The notes below the pieces were generated by a model that did not search any database, had not been told where the DNA came from, and saw nothing but the letters and a program-made list of their open reading frames with translations. A stretch of 64,000 bases of DNA from Callorhinchus milii. Taxonomy: Eukaryota. Below are positions 50,389-63,410 of the stretch, piece by piece (position 1 is the stretch's first letter; every line of letters starts with the position of its first letter). The translations under genes and the position numbers were made by a program. The stretch spans positions 81,718,001-81,782,000 of the forward strand of contig NW_024704742.1 in assembly GCF_018977255.1 (NCBI RefSeq), written 5' to 3'.

Positions 50389-53300
50389 TCAAATACCCTG
50401 CCATTAACGTAGGGGGAAACCAACTTGCATTTATCACTGACAGTTATTCTTCAGTTTTATGATGTTCCTTTGGCCTATGCAGACAGTTCAGTAAAATCTA
50501 TTATGTGATTGAAAGCAAATGTTTGTTGACGACTTTCACCACAGAATGACAGCAAAACCAACTTAACAATCTCAAAAGAAAGACTATGAGGAGGATGGTG
50601 GTGCATCAGTGCATGTTACAGTGGTGAAAGCCTGAGTGAAAATATCATTAATATTTCAGTGCAGTAAAAACAATTTCTATTCAAGAAACCTAAACATATG
50701 AAAGGAGAAAGGACTGTTCAGTCCTTCTTTCAACAGACTTTGTGCAGTGTATATCCTCACAGATTTTAGCTCTCTTATTTGATCTCCAGACAAAGATGAA
50801 TAGCTTTAACTAAAATGTCCCAAGAGAAATTTCTGAAGTTGTTCTCTGAAAACAAGGAACTTGCATCTTAAATACAACCTCTAACATCAAAACAGCTCAA
50901 AGTGCTCATCTAGAGTACTGCATAAGCAGTGGGTGAATATATACTTGGTGGGAGGGTGGGGGGAGCTGAATGATCGGTCCCTTTTAAGATAGGCTCAGCC
51001 TCCATGCCAGTATCAAAGATGGCCACCTCACTTCCCTCTTCCTCACCTTGCCAACTTTAAAGATGGCCATCCTCGGCCCTCCTTATCGTGCAGACGCCTA
51101 GATCCATTGGTCAATCAGAGTTGATGGCAAGCAGTTTGCTGGACTGGGAGTGGGCAGGCACTGTCGATGCATGGGAGAGGGCAAGAGGGGGCCCAAAGAT
51201 GCCATGGGTTGGGGTTGCTTCTCACTGACTGTTTTCCTTCTCAGGCTGAGGGCTTTCCCATCCCAGCTCCTCTTAAAGAGATGAGCTGTAAATAGATGAG
51301 GGGCTGGGGGGTGGTTGGGGCGGGTGGGTTGAGGCCTCTCTAGCCCTAGCCACCCACCACCTATGTCTATCACATAAGCGGGCTGCCCAGGTTCCAGAGG
51401 CAGTGTAGACGAGAGAACGAGGGTGATCCCCAATATTAGTGGAATGAGCTATGAGCAATGATTAGGCAAGCTGCTAGAAAGCTAACTTTCTTCAGTCTTG
51501 GGAAAGGCGATTCAGAAGAGATGTTATAACACCTCAAAATGACAATACCTTGGACAATGTGCTCAAGAACTCGTGATCTGGGGTTTGAACTAACAACCTT
51601 CTGATGCAGGGATTACCAATACAACAACAACAACAAGATTCCATTTATAAAGCGCCTTTCACGTCAGGATGACGTCCCAATGAGCCAAGCTGAGACCACC
51701 AGAAAACAAATGTAGAAAAACGTTGAATATTACCCTATAATTGCAATCTATGTTATTCACTCCCCATTCAATTAAACTGCACTGATATTCTTTGGTCTTA
51801 GCAGCATAATACGTTGTACAAAACACTTATGTTTCTCACCCTCAACCTTTTATTATTTGTTTTTATTAAGAGTTGTTTTTCATCCTACTTATTTTATGGA
51901 ATTTAATTAATATTAGGTTACAAAATAATAATAATCTTTGCATTTGATGCAGTGCCTTTCATATCAGGGGGACATAATGTGTAGTGACTGTATTTGGCAG
52001 CCAATTTGTACATAGCAATGTCTCGCAACCAATGAAGTGAATGAACAATTTTTTGGGGGGGATTTTTGGCCAGAAACTCTCTTAGCTTTTCAAATAATGC
52101 CACAAGATCTTTAATCTTCACTTGAAACGGCAGATAGAACCAACTGAGTCTGTTTGAAACTATCAGTATTACACCATTAACTCAAATAGCTCCAACAAAA
52201 CTGTTAATGGTTGTTGATGAGAGTAATGGGGGGGGGGGGAAATCTGGCACTTTGCTTGTGGTAATTATCACATAAAACACCGCACGTTTATTCCATTCCT
52301 TAATTACTGCCACATTCCAGTGGCCTGTCAATCAGTTTTATCTTGTGTTATTCTGGGCCACAGGCCTGTTGATTGCTAAACATCAGTGTTGGTCTAGAGA
52401 GAACACTGATTTCTCTATCAGTCGTCTGATCAACAGATATTAATCAAAAGAAATCAGTCATAGAAAAAAACATACAATTCAAAACTAAAATGGCATCAGA
52501 GAAGTAGGAAGAAGATGGTTAAACTTAATAAGAATAAAATAAGAAGAAACCTTGCATTGAATATAACGCCTTTCACAACAGGAAGCCATCTCAAAGTGCT
52601 TCACATTGTACAGGCAAAGTTGCTTGCAGAGGGATGTGCCACTTACTGTTAATTATCAAATGTTCATCATTTAACACACACAATGCTCTAGAAATATCAT
52701 CTGTCAGTTATTCCTCAAAATCCAAGTATCAGAAATGTTATGCTAACTTAATACTATTTGGAAGTGAGCTGACTTGGTGCAAAAGTGGGTCCAACATTGA
52801 AAACCCAAGTTGTATTTTAAGCATGGGCTTTTGTGCGGTGTTATATAATTGTCATCCCTAGACCAAAGACAACAATTGAGCCAATTATTATAGACAGATC
52901 AATTGACTGAAGTTACAAACCAGTTAGAGGTTACAAGAGTTTAGCAATATTGCACAGACAGTACAGTTGATACCAGACATTAATAATGGATTTGGACAAC
53001 CAAGATCCCTTTTTCAAAAATGTCAAGTAATCGCTGTGTACAATCAGTGTCCATCTGTTACACCTTGATGTAAACATAAAAAGAGGATTTAGCCCCATCA
53101 CTAGTTCGTGCAATTATTGAATTTTTTCGCAAGATCTACATGGGGGAAGAGTGCAAACGATGTAACCCCTATTGTTCTAACTCTGTTTTGTTGCTTGTTC
53201 TCCATTTCCTTCACTCCACTGACTAGAGCCACATCATCAGCCACCAAGCCCCTATCCTCTCTTACTCTCTTGCAGAACCACTTTGCCTTGCTACCGCTCT

Positions 53301-53865
53301 TCTTGCTTTCAAAAGCCCCCAGAAAACATATATTTTCGACCATGCCTTTGGCTGACACCTTAAACTCTCTCACAGTACAGTTGCCAATAGTGTTGAGGCA
53401 CCTTCTTAAACACAGGTTGTTAGTTAAATTCAGGGGAAATTTAACTATTTATAACGCAATACAAACTACACTTGTATAGTGCCTTTCATCATATCTGGAG
53501 GCCATCTCAAAGCATTTCACATTCATGAAGAGGATGGGGAGGGGAAAGATGACCGAAAGCAAGGTCAAAGAAAGCAGGTCATAGGGCAGGCCTTGATCGT
53601 TGGTAGGGCGGAGCTGAGGTAGAGGGACTTCAGGATGGAGTTCCAGAGAGCTGGAGCAGAATGGCTAAAAGTTTGATTGTCGATGCAAACATATGTAATA
53701 TGATCTGCATTCATTTGGTGGAATAATAATGGCTGAGATATGCAGAGTGCCTCTAGTTACAATGTGACCTTCATAGCCCACATTAAAGAAATCCACCATT
53801 CAAATATATTCCTCAAAATAGTTACTGTAATTGTGAAAATAAATACAATAATAATCCTTACATTT

Positions 53866-54446
53866 AATAATAATAATAATCCTTGCATTTGATATAGTGC
53901 TTTTCACGTCGGGAGGACGTCCCAAAGCACTTCACAGAACACACTGTAAAGTGAATTGACTGTATATTTGTGAGCGAACGCGGCAGCCAATTGCACACAG
54001 CACTGTCCCACAAACAGTCGTAGATTGAAAATGACCAATTTATTATTGTTTGTTGTTTTGGAGGGATTATTATTAGGTTTCGCCTGGGGCAAGTTTCCTT
54101 ACTCCACAGATCAGAAGGTATCAGGAGGACTTCACAGTGCTTCACAGGATATAATAATAATAATAATAATAATCCTTGCATTTGATGTAGCACTTTTCAC
54201 GTCGGGAGGACGTCCCAAAGCGCTTCACAGAAAACACTGTAAAGTGAATTGACTGTATATTTGTGGGCGAACGCGGGAGCCAATTGTGCACAGCAATGTC
54301 CCACAAACAGTCGTAGATTGAAAATGACCAATTTATTATTGTTTTTTGTTTTGGAGGGATTATTATTAGGTTTCGCCTTGGGCAAGTTTCCTTACTCCAC
54401 AGATCAGGGGGTCTCAGGAGGACTTCACAGTGCTTCACAGGATATA
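53866..54446 (-). mobile_element. Tandem dimer (293-bp period) of a rearranged, 5'-truncated young SINE plus flank
   Basis: Paired ORFs at 53904/54197 are offset by 293; both units share the same 24-bp inverted fragment and ~45-bp flank. Confidence 0.92.
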
Positions 54447-55574
54447 CTGTAAAATGTAGCGACTGTGTATTTTTTAGGCCAATGCAGCAGTCGATTTGCA
54501 CACAGCGATGTCTCACAAACAGCCATGAAGTGAATGACCAATGTTATGGCTTGTGCAAATCCATCCACTTGAAAGCTCTCCAATGCCAACAAAAGTGGAC
54601 TGTCAAGGATGTTAAATTGTCTTTCACGTTATGTCAAAAGCAATGCTCTGAGAAACAATCTTAGCTGCAGTCAAGTGGGAAAGACTGAGTGTCTTGCACT
54701 GTAACCTTCAATTATTTTTGATGATTTCTACAATTGTTATAATAATAATAATCCTTATATTGTTACAACACGTCTCAGGTCTGGAGTATGTCTGAAGGAT
54801 GCCTCAAAGCGCTTCATAGGATATACTGTAAAGTGTATTGACTGTGTATTTTGTAGGAGAACACAGAAAATATTCTCATGAGTGATAGTCATTAAAAGAA
54901 ACAATAATGGAATACTTCTTAGTGGTATGTATTAATTGCAGCAGAAATGACATCAGGTTCCTGGCTTCAATTGTACTTCTTACCTTTTATTCTAGTACAT
55001 ATTTGCCTTGCAATCCACTAAAGTATAATCGGAGCTTATAGTGCTCATAAAATTGATCTTTGCCATTCCCATGATAACACGGAATGAGACATTGATGAAC
55101 CAACTGCCTTTTGGGTAGCGTGTATGTAATGAGGTTACCAGCGTTGTAAGTGAAATTGTAGTTTCTCCACCATCATATTTTATTTTGCTGCATTTGACGA
55201 TCTTAATATTCAGTGGAAGAAAAAGGTATTAGATATCAAATTGAATATAACGAAAAATTTTAGGTGAGGTTATCTCCAGAAGAACATATTTCATTCAGCC
55301 TAATGTATATCAATTCTGAACTCAGTGCCTAGTTCACTGCATTAGGAGGTTTTTCATTATCTCTTTCCTTTGAAGCAGGCCATGTAATGAGTGGTCATTT
55401 TGGACAAATCTACATATAGGCCACATTTAGTAACTATCAAAAGCTTCCTTGTGTGCTCATCTCCTCTTATAAAGCTCGGCAAATATAATCAACCTTTGTA
55501 ATTGTTGCAGGAATGGTTCACCATTAATCTTCTCTTCAGACAGCTGCAAATATTACCTTGAAGGATTTCACATT

Positions 55575-55825
55575 TTCTGTGTGTATGTCTATTTGTGGGT
55601 ATGTGTATGTGTATTTGTGTTTGCATTTTTTTACTTTATATGCTTATTTATATGTTTTGTGTTTGCAATTTTTGTATTTGTATGTGTATTTATATGTTTG
55701 AATGTGTGTATATGTGCATCTGCATGTGTTTGTGTGTGCTTTGGCATGTAATTCTGTATGTATTTATGAGTGTGTTTGTGTATGAATGTATATTTGTGTA
55801 TTTGTCTGTGTGTGTTTATATCTGC
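55575..55825. repeat. TG/TA-rich low-complexity tract
   Basis: Degenerate (TGTA/TGTG)n; explains the C/M/V/Y-rich ORF 55595-55840. Confidence 0.9.
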
Positions 55826-57319
55826 ATTTTTTTAAATTGAATTGCAGATATGTACTATAATTTTCAGTCCCACAATCTGTTACATTTTAGATCCGGTACT
55901 TTATCTTTTGACTATTTGCACAGGACTTCAACGTCTAAAATTTATATTGGAAACTTAAATTTGGTTTGTTCGCACAGGATTGACCTGGATTGCAAAATTG
56001 ACTTTTGCCAGATGACCAGGTTTCTGTTCCAAATCTGAGAGTGCTTTAACCTCGGGCTAACATGTAAAAGAAGTGGCCTGCCAAAAAAAAAGCAGAGCCC
56101 TGGCAGCGCAGCCGGATTAATTATTAAAAAGGTATGCACTGTGCTAACCTTTTTTAATAACTCAATATATGAATTGAAACTGTAGCATTTTTCATAAATC
56201 ATTTCATGCAGTGATGAATCACATTAACAAACTACTGTATAATATATTGGTACGTTTCAGGACAGGAATGAGGAGTACAGTGTCTGCCCTAGATTCTGTT
56301 CCTTTGTTCTAAATACACAGCCGTCAGATCTGTGGTCTCTCGTGCAGTAGAATGGTACTAAAGGAAGCTCTCTCTACTGGCTAAAGAGGCAGTTAGGTCT
56401 GTATCACATGGCTTCACATCATTTTGTAATGTGTACATCTCCGCAGCACGTGTCAATGGCAAATGACCTGGACATTACAGGAGGTGAATCCGTCCAAAGT
56501 TAAATTGGTTTCAACGAGGGAGAAGCGAGATAGAAATTTGTCTAAAAGAGAAGCCAAAGCACTCAAAGGTGTGCAAAAGAGACAGTAAAGGCAGTGCAGC
56601 CGAGTTGGACTGATGCAAGTGGCAGGTTTATTGGTCTATTCTACAGGAGCACCAACAGACATTTGTGGAATGTGCTTTACCCGGTTGCTTAAACTGCAAG
56701 AGCAATCTGTGAAAGAGAGAGGGCACTGTAGATATCTGAATCTCTTGCTAAACAAAAAAGTAGTATATTCATCAGAAGAGCAGGCATAAAACAAAATGAA
56801 TGGAGATAAAGGTAGAAAGAAGGAGGATGTGGAACAGAATATGAGTAAATCAAATTATGTATCGGATCATAATCTTTGTCATCCACATAGAGAAAGGGAA
56901 ATATTTAAGAAGCATGTTGTCCTTTATCAGAAGATAACAGGATAAAATCAATGTCATTGTGAAACCAAGAGCAGGTCTGGGTAAGAACACAGTGCTGATT
57001 GTAATGTAATTAATTCTTTACATAGTGAATACCTTTGATAAATAAGGCAAAAAAAAAAACCTATTTTGTCAAAGTCTTCTCTGCTTCATGGTAAACAGTC
57101 ACATTGCAAAGCCATTGCATGCGAAGATAGTGAGCCAGGAGACAAATGCAGAACCATCGGTAATACCAGAAACTAGTTTGTTTTCTGAAGCAAAGTAGCT
57201 GATTTAAAATGGGTGTTATATGAATAACTTATTTTTGTAAGTGAAATAGTTTACCCACAGACATCAGTTTAAACCAATTTAAATTAAGCAGTTAAATGTA
57301 CATAGATTTATTTTAGGCC

Positions 57320-57600
57320 ATACAGCATGGAAACAGGCCATTCAGCTCAACTAATCCATGCTGGTGTTTATACGGGTCTCCAAGCACTCCGTGTTCCCTC
57401 CCATACTCTTCTATCCTTCTCCCTCATGTGTGCGTCTGTCTTCTTAAATGCAGCTATGATATCTGATTCAACCACTGCTTCAGACAGAGAATTCCACATT
57501 CTCACTACCCTCTGCGTGAAGTATTATAGTTCCTCCTAAATTTATCTTTTAGATCCCCTAGTCACTATTTTTTACTTATGTCCTGTGGTTGCGGACTCTA
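57320..57600 (-). mobile_element. CR1 3' end, degraded
   Basis: 'tacagcatggaaacaggccattcagctcaac...gaattccacattctcactaccctctgcgtgaag'. Confidence 0.78.
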
Positions 57601-58089
57601 ATCAGTGTGAACAGCCTATTTATTGCTAACCTTTTATTTTGATTTAATTACAATGTATAATTAAATAAGGTATGTTTACTTTAAGTACCATGAAGCTGCA
57701 TTAATTTGTCGCAATAGGCCATTGAAAACAACAGTGACAGTGATTAAATCTTCATTCTCTACTATTGTATAGAGATTGCACTCACAACCGAAGCCAATCT
57801 CTTTTGATACGTTTGCATCACTTCTCAACATGGTATTAAAAATGTGATGTTTCAAAATCATCAATGGAAATCCTGCAGCATAATCAGAAATATTATAAAC
57901 ATTGTATTGTTTAAACCATTTTGAGAAATAATTCAAATGGATCACTGTTCTTTCAATTGTTTGACACAATAAGAATCCTTACACTTGATATAGTGCATTG
58001 TCATGTCATTGAAATGTCTCACAGCACTTTCACAGGACTTACTGTAAAATTAGTGACTGTGTACTTGAATGCAAACACAACAGCTGTTA

Positions 58090-58500
58090 CCAGATAATCC
58101 TTATATTTGATATATGTTTTTTCACACCTATGAGATATCTCAAAGCACTTCACAGGATTTACTGACTGTGTAATCTGAAGGCAAATGCAGTAGCCAATTT
58201 GCGTACAGCAATGTCTCCTAAACATCCATGAAATGAATGATCAATTTTATTTGTGGGTTGGCTAAGACATCAAGAGAAACTCCCTTCTCTTTTTGAACAA
58301 TGCCATGGGAGCAGACAAACAAGACCTTTGTTTAACATCTCATCCAAAGGACAGCACCTTTGGCAATACAGAAGTCTCAAGCACTTTTGTCATTTGTCAG
58401 CTTAGTCTGTGAGTTCAAAGTCACTACGTGGGGCTTGATTGCACAATCTTCTGACTCAGAGTCATGAGGTGTGTCAGTCTGGCTTCCAACTGAACCAGAC
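58090..58500 (-). mobile_element. Old Deu-domain SINE
   Basis: 'tgccatggga...gtttaacatctcatccaaaggacagcacc...cacaatcttctgactcagag' (reverse Deu block and head). Confidence 0.75.
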
Positions 58501-59377
58501 TGACACAACACCTTGCATTTCTATTCGTATATATATGGGAGAAATTAAATACTGTTCAATGCTAACACCCGTCACGACTGCTGGAGACCATTGAAATGTA
58601 TTAGAAAGTAAAGCAGCAGGCTGAAAATGTGGATTTGTTTACATTTACCTGTTATGCTTCCTCATTTAATAATCCTTGCATTTGATATTGTATATTATCA
58701 TGTTGTCAGGGCAGCTCAAAGCACACAGGATAAACTGTAAAGTACAGTTACTGTGTATTTTTGTAGGTGAAATGGGCATCTAATTTGTGCATAGGATATA
58801 TCCCACAAACAGTAGCAAGGTAAATGGCCATTCTTGGCTTGAATATTGGGAGAAACTCTCTTCTCTTTAAGTACTTGTTGTAGCTATAATTTTTGACCGT
58901 CGCCGCAAATTTAGGAATATCACAGTTTTGACTGCTGCATGTCTTTAAAATGAAAGTATTACTGGAATCTTTAGGCTTGCTTTGAGCCGGTTATTACTAT
59001 TCTTCTTCCTCTCCACTTTCCAAGGTCTCCGGCCTCTCCCAGCACCTCGGGACGTCCTCCTGAGGTGAAAGGCACTCTACAAATGTGATTTGTTATTATT
59101 TGCCTTCCACATGGCTGAATCATCTTACTGATGGACCTCTTCCAGCAGCTTCTTTCAATTTCCTCTTGAAATTAGTTTTCTACTTGGTGGAACCTCTTTA
59201 TGTGGTCAAGGTAATTTCTGACATTCTTCCCAGCCCATTTGTTTCTGTTTCGAAGATTGCACTGAAAATGAGACCCATTGCAGCACAGGCTTCACAAGCC
59301 AGCTTCACAGAACTGCAGCAGGTCTGGAAAAGCCAAAGTATTAGCTTTACACCATTTAAAGTCATAAAAATAATAAA

Positions 59378-59550
59378 AAATTGGACACTTATTCCATGAC
59401 TGTTTGTGGGACACTGCTGTGTGCAATTGGTTGCCAAGTTTCGCCCACAAAATATACAGTCAATTCACTTTACAGTTTATTCTGTGAAGCGCTTTGAGAC
59501 TTCTTGAAGATGTAATAAGGCGCTATACCAAATTCAAGGATTATTATTAT
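59378..59550 (+). mobile_element. Young SINE 3' half
   Basis: Family body and tail. Confidence 0.85.
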
Positions 59551-59889
59551 CATCTTCAATCCTCAGTTCACAAATTGTGTGTATCTGTCCCAGCAATTTC
59601 TACCACTTTGCCATCAGCACAAGTAATCCTGAGCTCTTTTGGAAGGATCAGAGTCATTGTGTTTTTCTTTCCAGGCTGTGAAGGTGATCAATTTACAAGT
59701 TAACAGTTTGTATTTGATTTGACAGATAAAATTGCTGCCAACGGTTTTACTACTACATGTAAAGTTTACGCATTTGAATGACATGATCTTTGTTTTGTTT
59801 ATATAAGGAATATGTCATAAAATGACACCATCTTTGTCCATAGTGAAGAATACCATGTTAGTGCCTTGCTTGTCTGCCTGATTCAGCTA

Positions 59890-60071
59890 ATAGCACTCCT
59901 GCCTCTGAGACAGAGGGTTGTCCTTCGGATGAGACATTAAACCAAGGTCCTATCTGCCTTTTTAGATGGATGTTAAAGATCCCAAAAAGAGAAGGGAATA
60001 TCTCCAGGTGTCCTGGCCAACAATCCCCAAAATAAATTGGTCACTCATTTCATGGCTTTTTGTGGGACATT
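59890..60071 (+). mobile_element. Deu-domain SINE fragment (clearest Deu core in the window)
   Basis: 'gtccttcggatgagacattaaaccaaggtcctatctgcc...gatggatgttaaagatccc...ctccaggtgtcctggccaa'. Confidence 0.82.
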
Positions 60072-60482
60072 GAGAAATCTGGGTTCGATTCCTGTCAGGG
60101 CGAAACCTTGGGTAAATTTCCTTACTCCACGTGCCTGATAATAATCCCTCAAGAAAATAAAAAGAATAAATTGGTCACATCAATCCACAATTGTTTGTGG
60201 GACACTGCTGTGCACAATTGGCTGCCGCGTTTTGCCCACAAAATATAGTCAATTGACTTTATAGTGTATTCTGTGAAGCGCTTTGAGATGTCTTGAGACG
60301 TTTAAGGGATATGGGGATAAGGCAGGGTTAGGTTATTAGCTGGAGTTAGATTAGAAGATCAGCCATGATTGAATGGCAGGGGCAGGCTCGAAGGGCCGAA
60401 TGGCCTACTCCTGCTCCAACATGTTATGTCTAGAAAACGTGAAAAGCTCTGTATCAAATGCAAGGATTATTATTATTATTAT
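60072..60482 (+). mobile_element. Young SINE with a CR1 3' end (~60301-60427) inserted in its tail
   Basis: SINE tail is split by 'tttaagggatatgggg...ggctcgaagggccgaatggcctactcctgctcc', same CR1 family as 36973-37860. Confidence 0.88.
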
Positions 60483-60847
60483 CATCATCATCATCTCCAC
60501 AACATGATAAGGCACTATATCAAATGCAAGGATTATAATGTAGGTTCAAGACCCATGTTGGGACTTGGAACTCATTTCATCTAAGATGACACTCCAATGC
60601 AGTGCTGAGGGTGCACAGTAATGTTGGAAGTGGCATCTTTCTGATGAGATGCTAAAACAAGCCTCCAAATAAAACCTGTCCTTCACATCATAACTGTGGG
60701 ACAATTCAATGCGGAAACTTTTCCCTTGCTTACAAAATACACAGTCACTACACTTTACAGTTAATCTTGTGAAGCACTAACATCCTACTGATGTAAAATG
60801 CAAGGATTAATATAGCATCTCAGAGATGTTATATGGATATCTGGAGT

Positions 60848-61200
60848 GCAGTCTTGTAGCATATTGGTCAGAGCACTCGCCATGCAAGCAAGGGGACCTG
60901 GGTTCGATTTCCAGGTGGGGTGAAACGTTAGGTAAGTTTCCTTATTCCACACGCCTCTGTTTGTCTAGCAGTGAGTAGGAATCCGATTGGCAGATCGCTT
61001 TTCTGGGGTTAATACTCCCTTCAAAAAAATAATTTAATTACTCAATCCATGACTGTTTGTGGGACACTGCTGTGTGCATTTGGCTGCCACATTTCGTCCA
61101 TAAAAGACAATTTATTTTGCAGTATATTCTGTGAAGTGCATTGAGATGTTTCAAACATGTGATAAGGTGCTATATCGAATGCAAGAATTATTATTATTGT
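60848..61200 (+). mobile_element. tRNA-Ala SINE, long form
   Basis: Contains the extra segment 'cctctgtttgtctagcagtgagtaggaatcc...gatcgcttttctgggg'. Confidence 0.85.
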
Positions 61201-63179
61201 AATACAGTACCTATCAAGAGTCATCCACTAGCTTCTTTTTTAACAAAAATATTGTATTTTCTTTGTGCTCATTGTTAAAAATATAATGCTGTCTCATATA
61301 TGGAAGAAAGGTGTGGCAAATCAATCATTTTGACAGTGAGGTCAGTTTCATTTGTAGGTAGTTGTGCAATGTAATTACAAAGTGCAGTGTTCTATTCACA
61401 TGCGGAACTGTTCCAAACTAAAATTGGAACGGATAGTGCTCCAGGAAAGTAGCACTAGGATTGAGTAGAAAGCAATATATTCTTTTTATGGTAAAAGCCA
61501 CGAAAGAAGCAAATACTGTTACTTCTGCTCCAAGGCTTAATGAACTGCAAAATAGTCCTAACACTGCTTAAACTCCAAGCAGTCTCCCTTTCGTCTTTCA
61601 CGGCATGCTTCAAAATGTGCCTCTTCGACTGTGCTTTCAGTCATCTCTCCCCCCCACCCCAGCTTCCCCCCCATCCCAGCTGGGGTTCCCATCCAGCACT
61701 GTGAATGCGCTTTGAGATGTCCTCCTGATGTGAAAGGAGCTGTGTAAATGTAAATTGTATTGTATTCAATGCAGTGACCAACAGAATTACTACGCTTAAA
61801 TAATTAATCAAATGATTATTAAGCACTTGTCTGGAGAGTGTATCTGCACTCTATGTTGCCTTTCACATAGGACGTCTTTGAGCTCTTTACAGAGGCAATG
61901 TGAGTCATTGAGCAGAGGCGATTGAAGGAGGAGTGTAAGGATGTTGCCCAAAGTAATGGTCAAAGAGCTATGTTTTTAAGAATCCAGGAAAGAAGATATA
62001 AGGAGGAGACATTTTGAACGAGGGCTTCAGTGGTCATGGTGGAATAGAGACTAAAACTTTGAGGGCAAGGCTGAGGAGGTTTATTGAGTCATCTGACACC
62101 TGAGGCAAATTCTCAGCCACATGACATGATGATGCAAATTCTACATAGTAGTCAGAAGGCTTGATGGTCCAAATGCTCCAAGGTTCCTCAGAGTCTGCAT
62201 TATTTCTGTCTAACCTCAATACATTTCTGTGAGATGAATAATTCAATCTTGGACGAAGACTAATTTTCTCCTCTGTTCTTCCCTTAAAACTGCCTCAGAC
62301 ACTGCTTCCCAAATAGTATCTACACAAATGTTTTGTTGCTTGTTTAAATATCTATCCTCATTACTCATTTAACAGTGCAAGTACAAGCATTTTTATTATT
62401 GTAAATTAATGCTCAGGAAGGAAATGAATCAGTGAGTGTATCTCTGTTACTGGCGGTTGGTAGTAAGACCTCACAATGGCACTGGTGAAACATTGTTATG
62501 TTCCCACTAATATTTAAAATGTCACTGAAATTATGAAGCTTGAAACTGAAACTTGCAACACAAGCCATTAACATGCATGGCTGCTGGAGTTCTATCTGCT
62601 AAACGTTTTAGTGGGATTTTTAAAAAATATAGACAAAATCTTTCAGGGAGATGAAGACATATTTCTGGTAGTCCAAACTACAATGACATTAATTTATCAA
62701 TAATATAAATTACATATATTTGAGTTATACAGTTACATCGGTATGCAATATGTTACAATATATTGTAAGTCATACTGTATAATATACCCCATAAACAGTA
62801 GGTTACGTCAGTATACGGCATGTCACCTTAGTATACTTGTTTGATGCATAATCATTGATTGGGTGAAATTTTAAAAGGCAAGGGATGCTGCTAATAAGTG
62901 ACAATGTCAAGACAGACAATCTCTTGCCAGCCTTCTAAGGTGATGGGGCTGAGACAAGTGGACTTTATATTTCTTTGGATATCTGAGTATCTTACACATA
63001 TAGAAACCCATCTCCATGCTTACTTAATTCAGGGGAGTATGAGGCACAAGGCTTGGGGACTGCAGAATGCGTGTTGGATAATGCTGGACTCTAACCAGCT
63101 AAAACCACATAGCTTGCCATAGAAAGCACTGTCTGGCAAGCTTTCCACTGCTTATCCAATTAGAACAAGCCTAACCATT

Positions 63180-63410
63180 ATGGCTTTGGTTTGTAGGATT
63201 AACAGTATCTGATTGGGAAGAATCCCTGTGCTCAGTGACTGGTCTGCCTCTCCAGGTTCTGTCAATGAGCCAGGCTGGCTGTACTATCATCATCAGTGTC
63301 CTGGAATACTGCGGACCGGCCAGGTTCAGGAACCAGATTACTCAGACCGCCATAGAGGGCTCGATTCCAATATTCCATTGCCAAACATGTCACATTGGAG
63401 TTCCTAATTT
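63180..63410 (+). repeat. Unclassified ancient dispersed repeat, copy B
   Basis: Aligns with 33280-33500 and with the reverse complement of 6651-6763. Confidence 0.7.

Noticed and set aside
53866..54446. CRISPR-like or coding tandem repeat
   Set aside because: Two-unit SINE duplication with no spacers; the recurring 'IKCKDYYYY' and 'IIIIILAFD' peptides are translations of the SINE tail.
55595..55840. Cys-rich hydrophobic ORF (also 43567-43847)
   Set aside because: Translation of TG/CA microsatellite sequence.
56463..56588. Small basic ORF MTWTLQEVNPSKVKLVSTREKRDRNLSKREAKALKGVQKRQ
   Set aside because: Only 41 aa, no recognisable homology and no convincing splice context; cannot be supported without RNA-seq.
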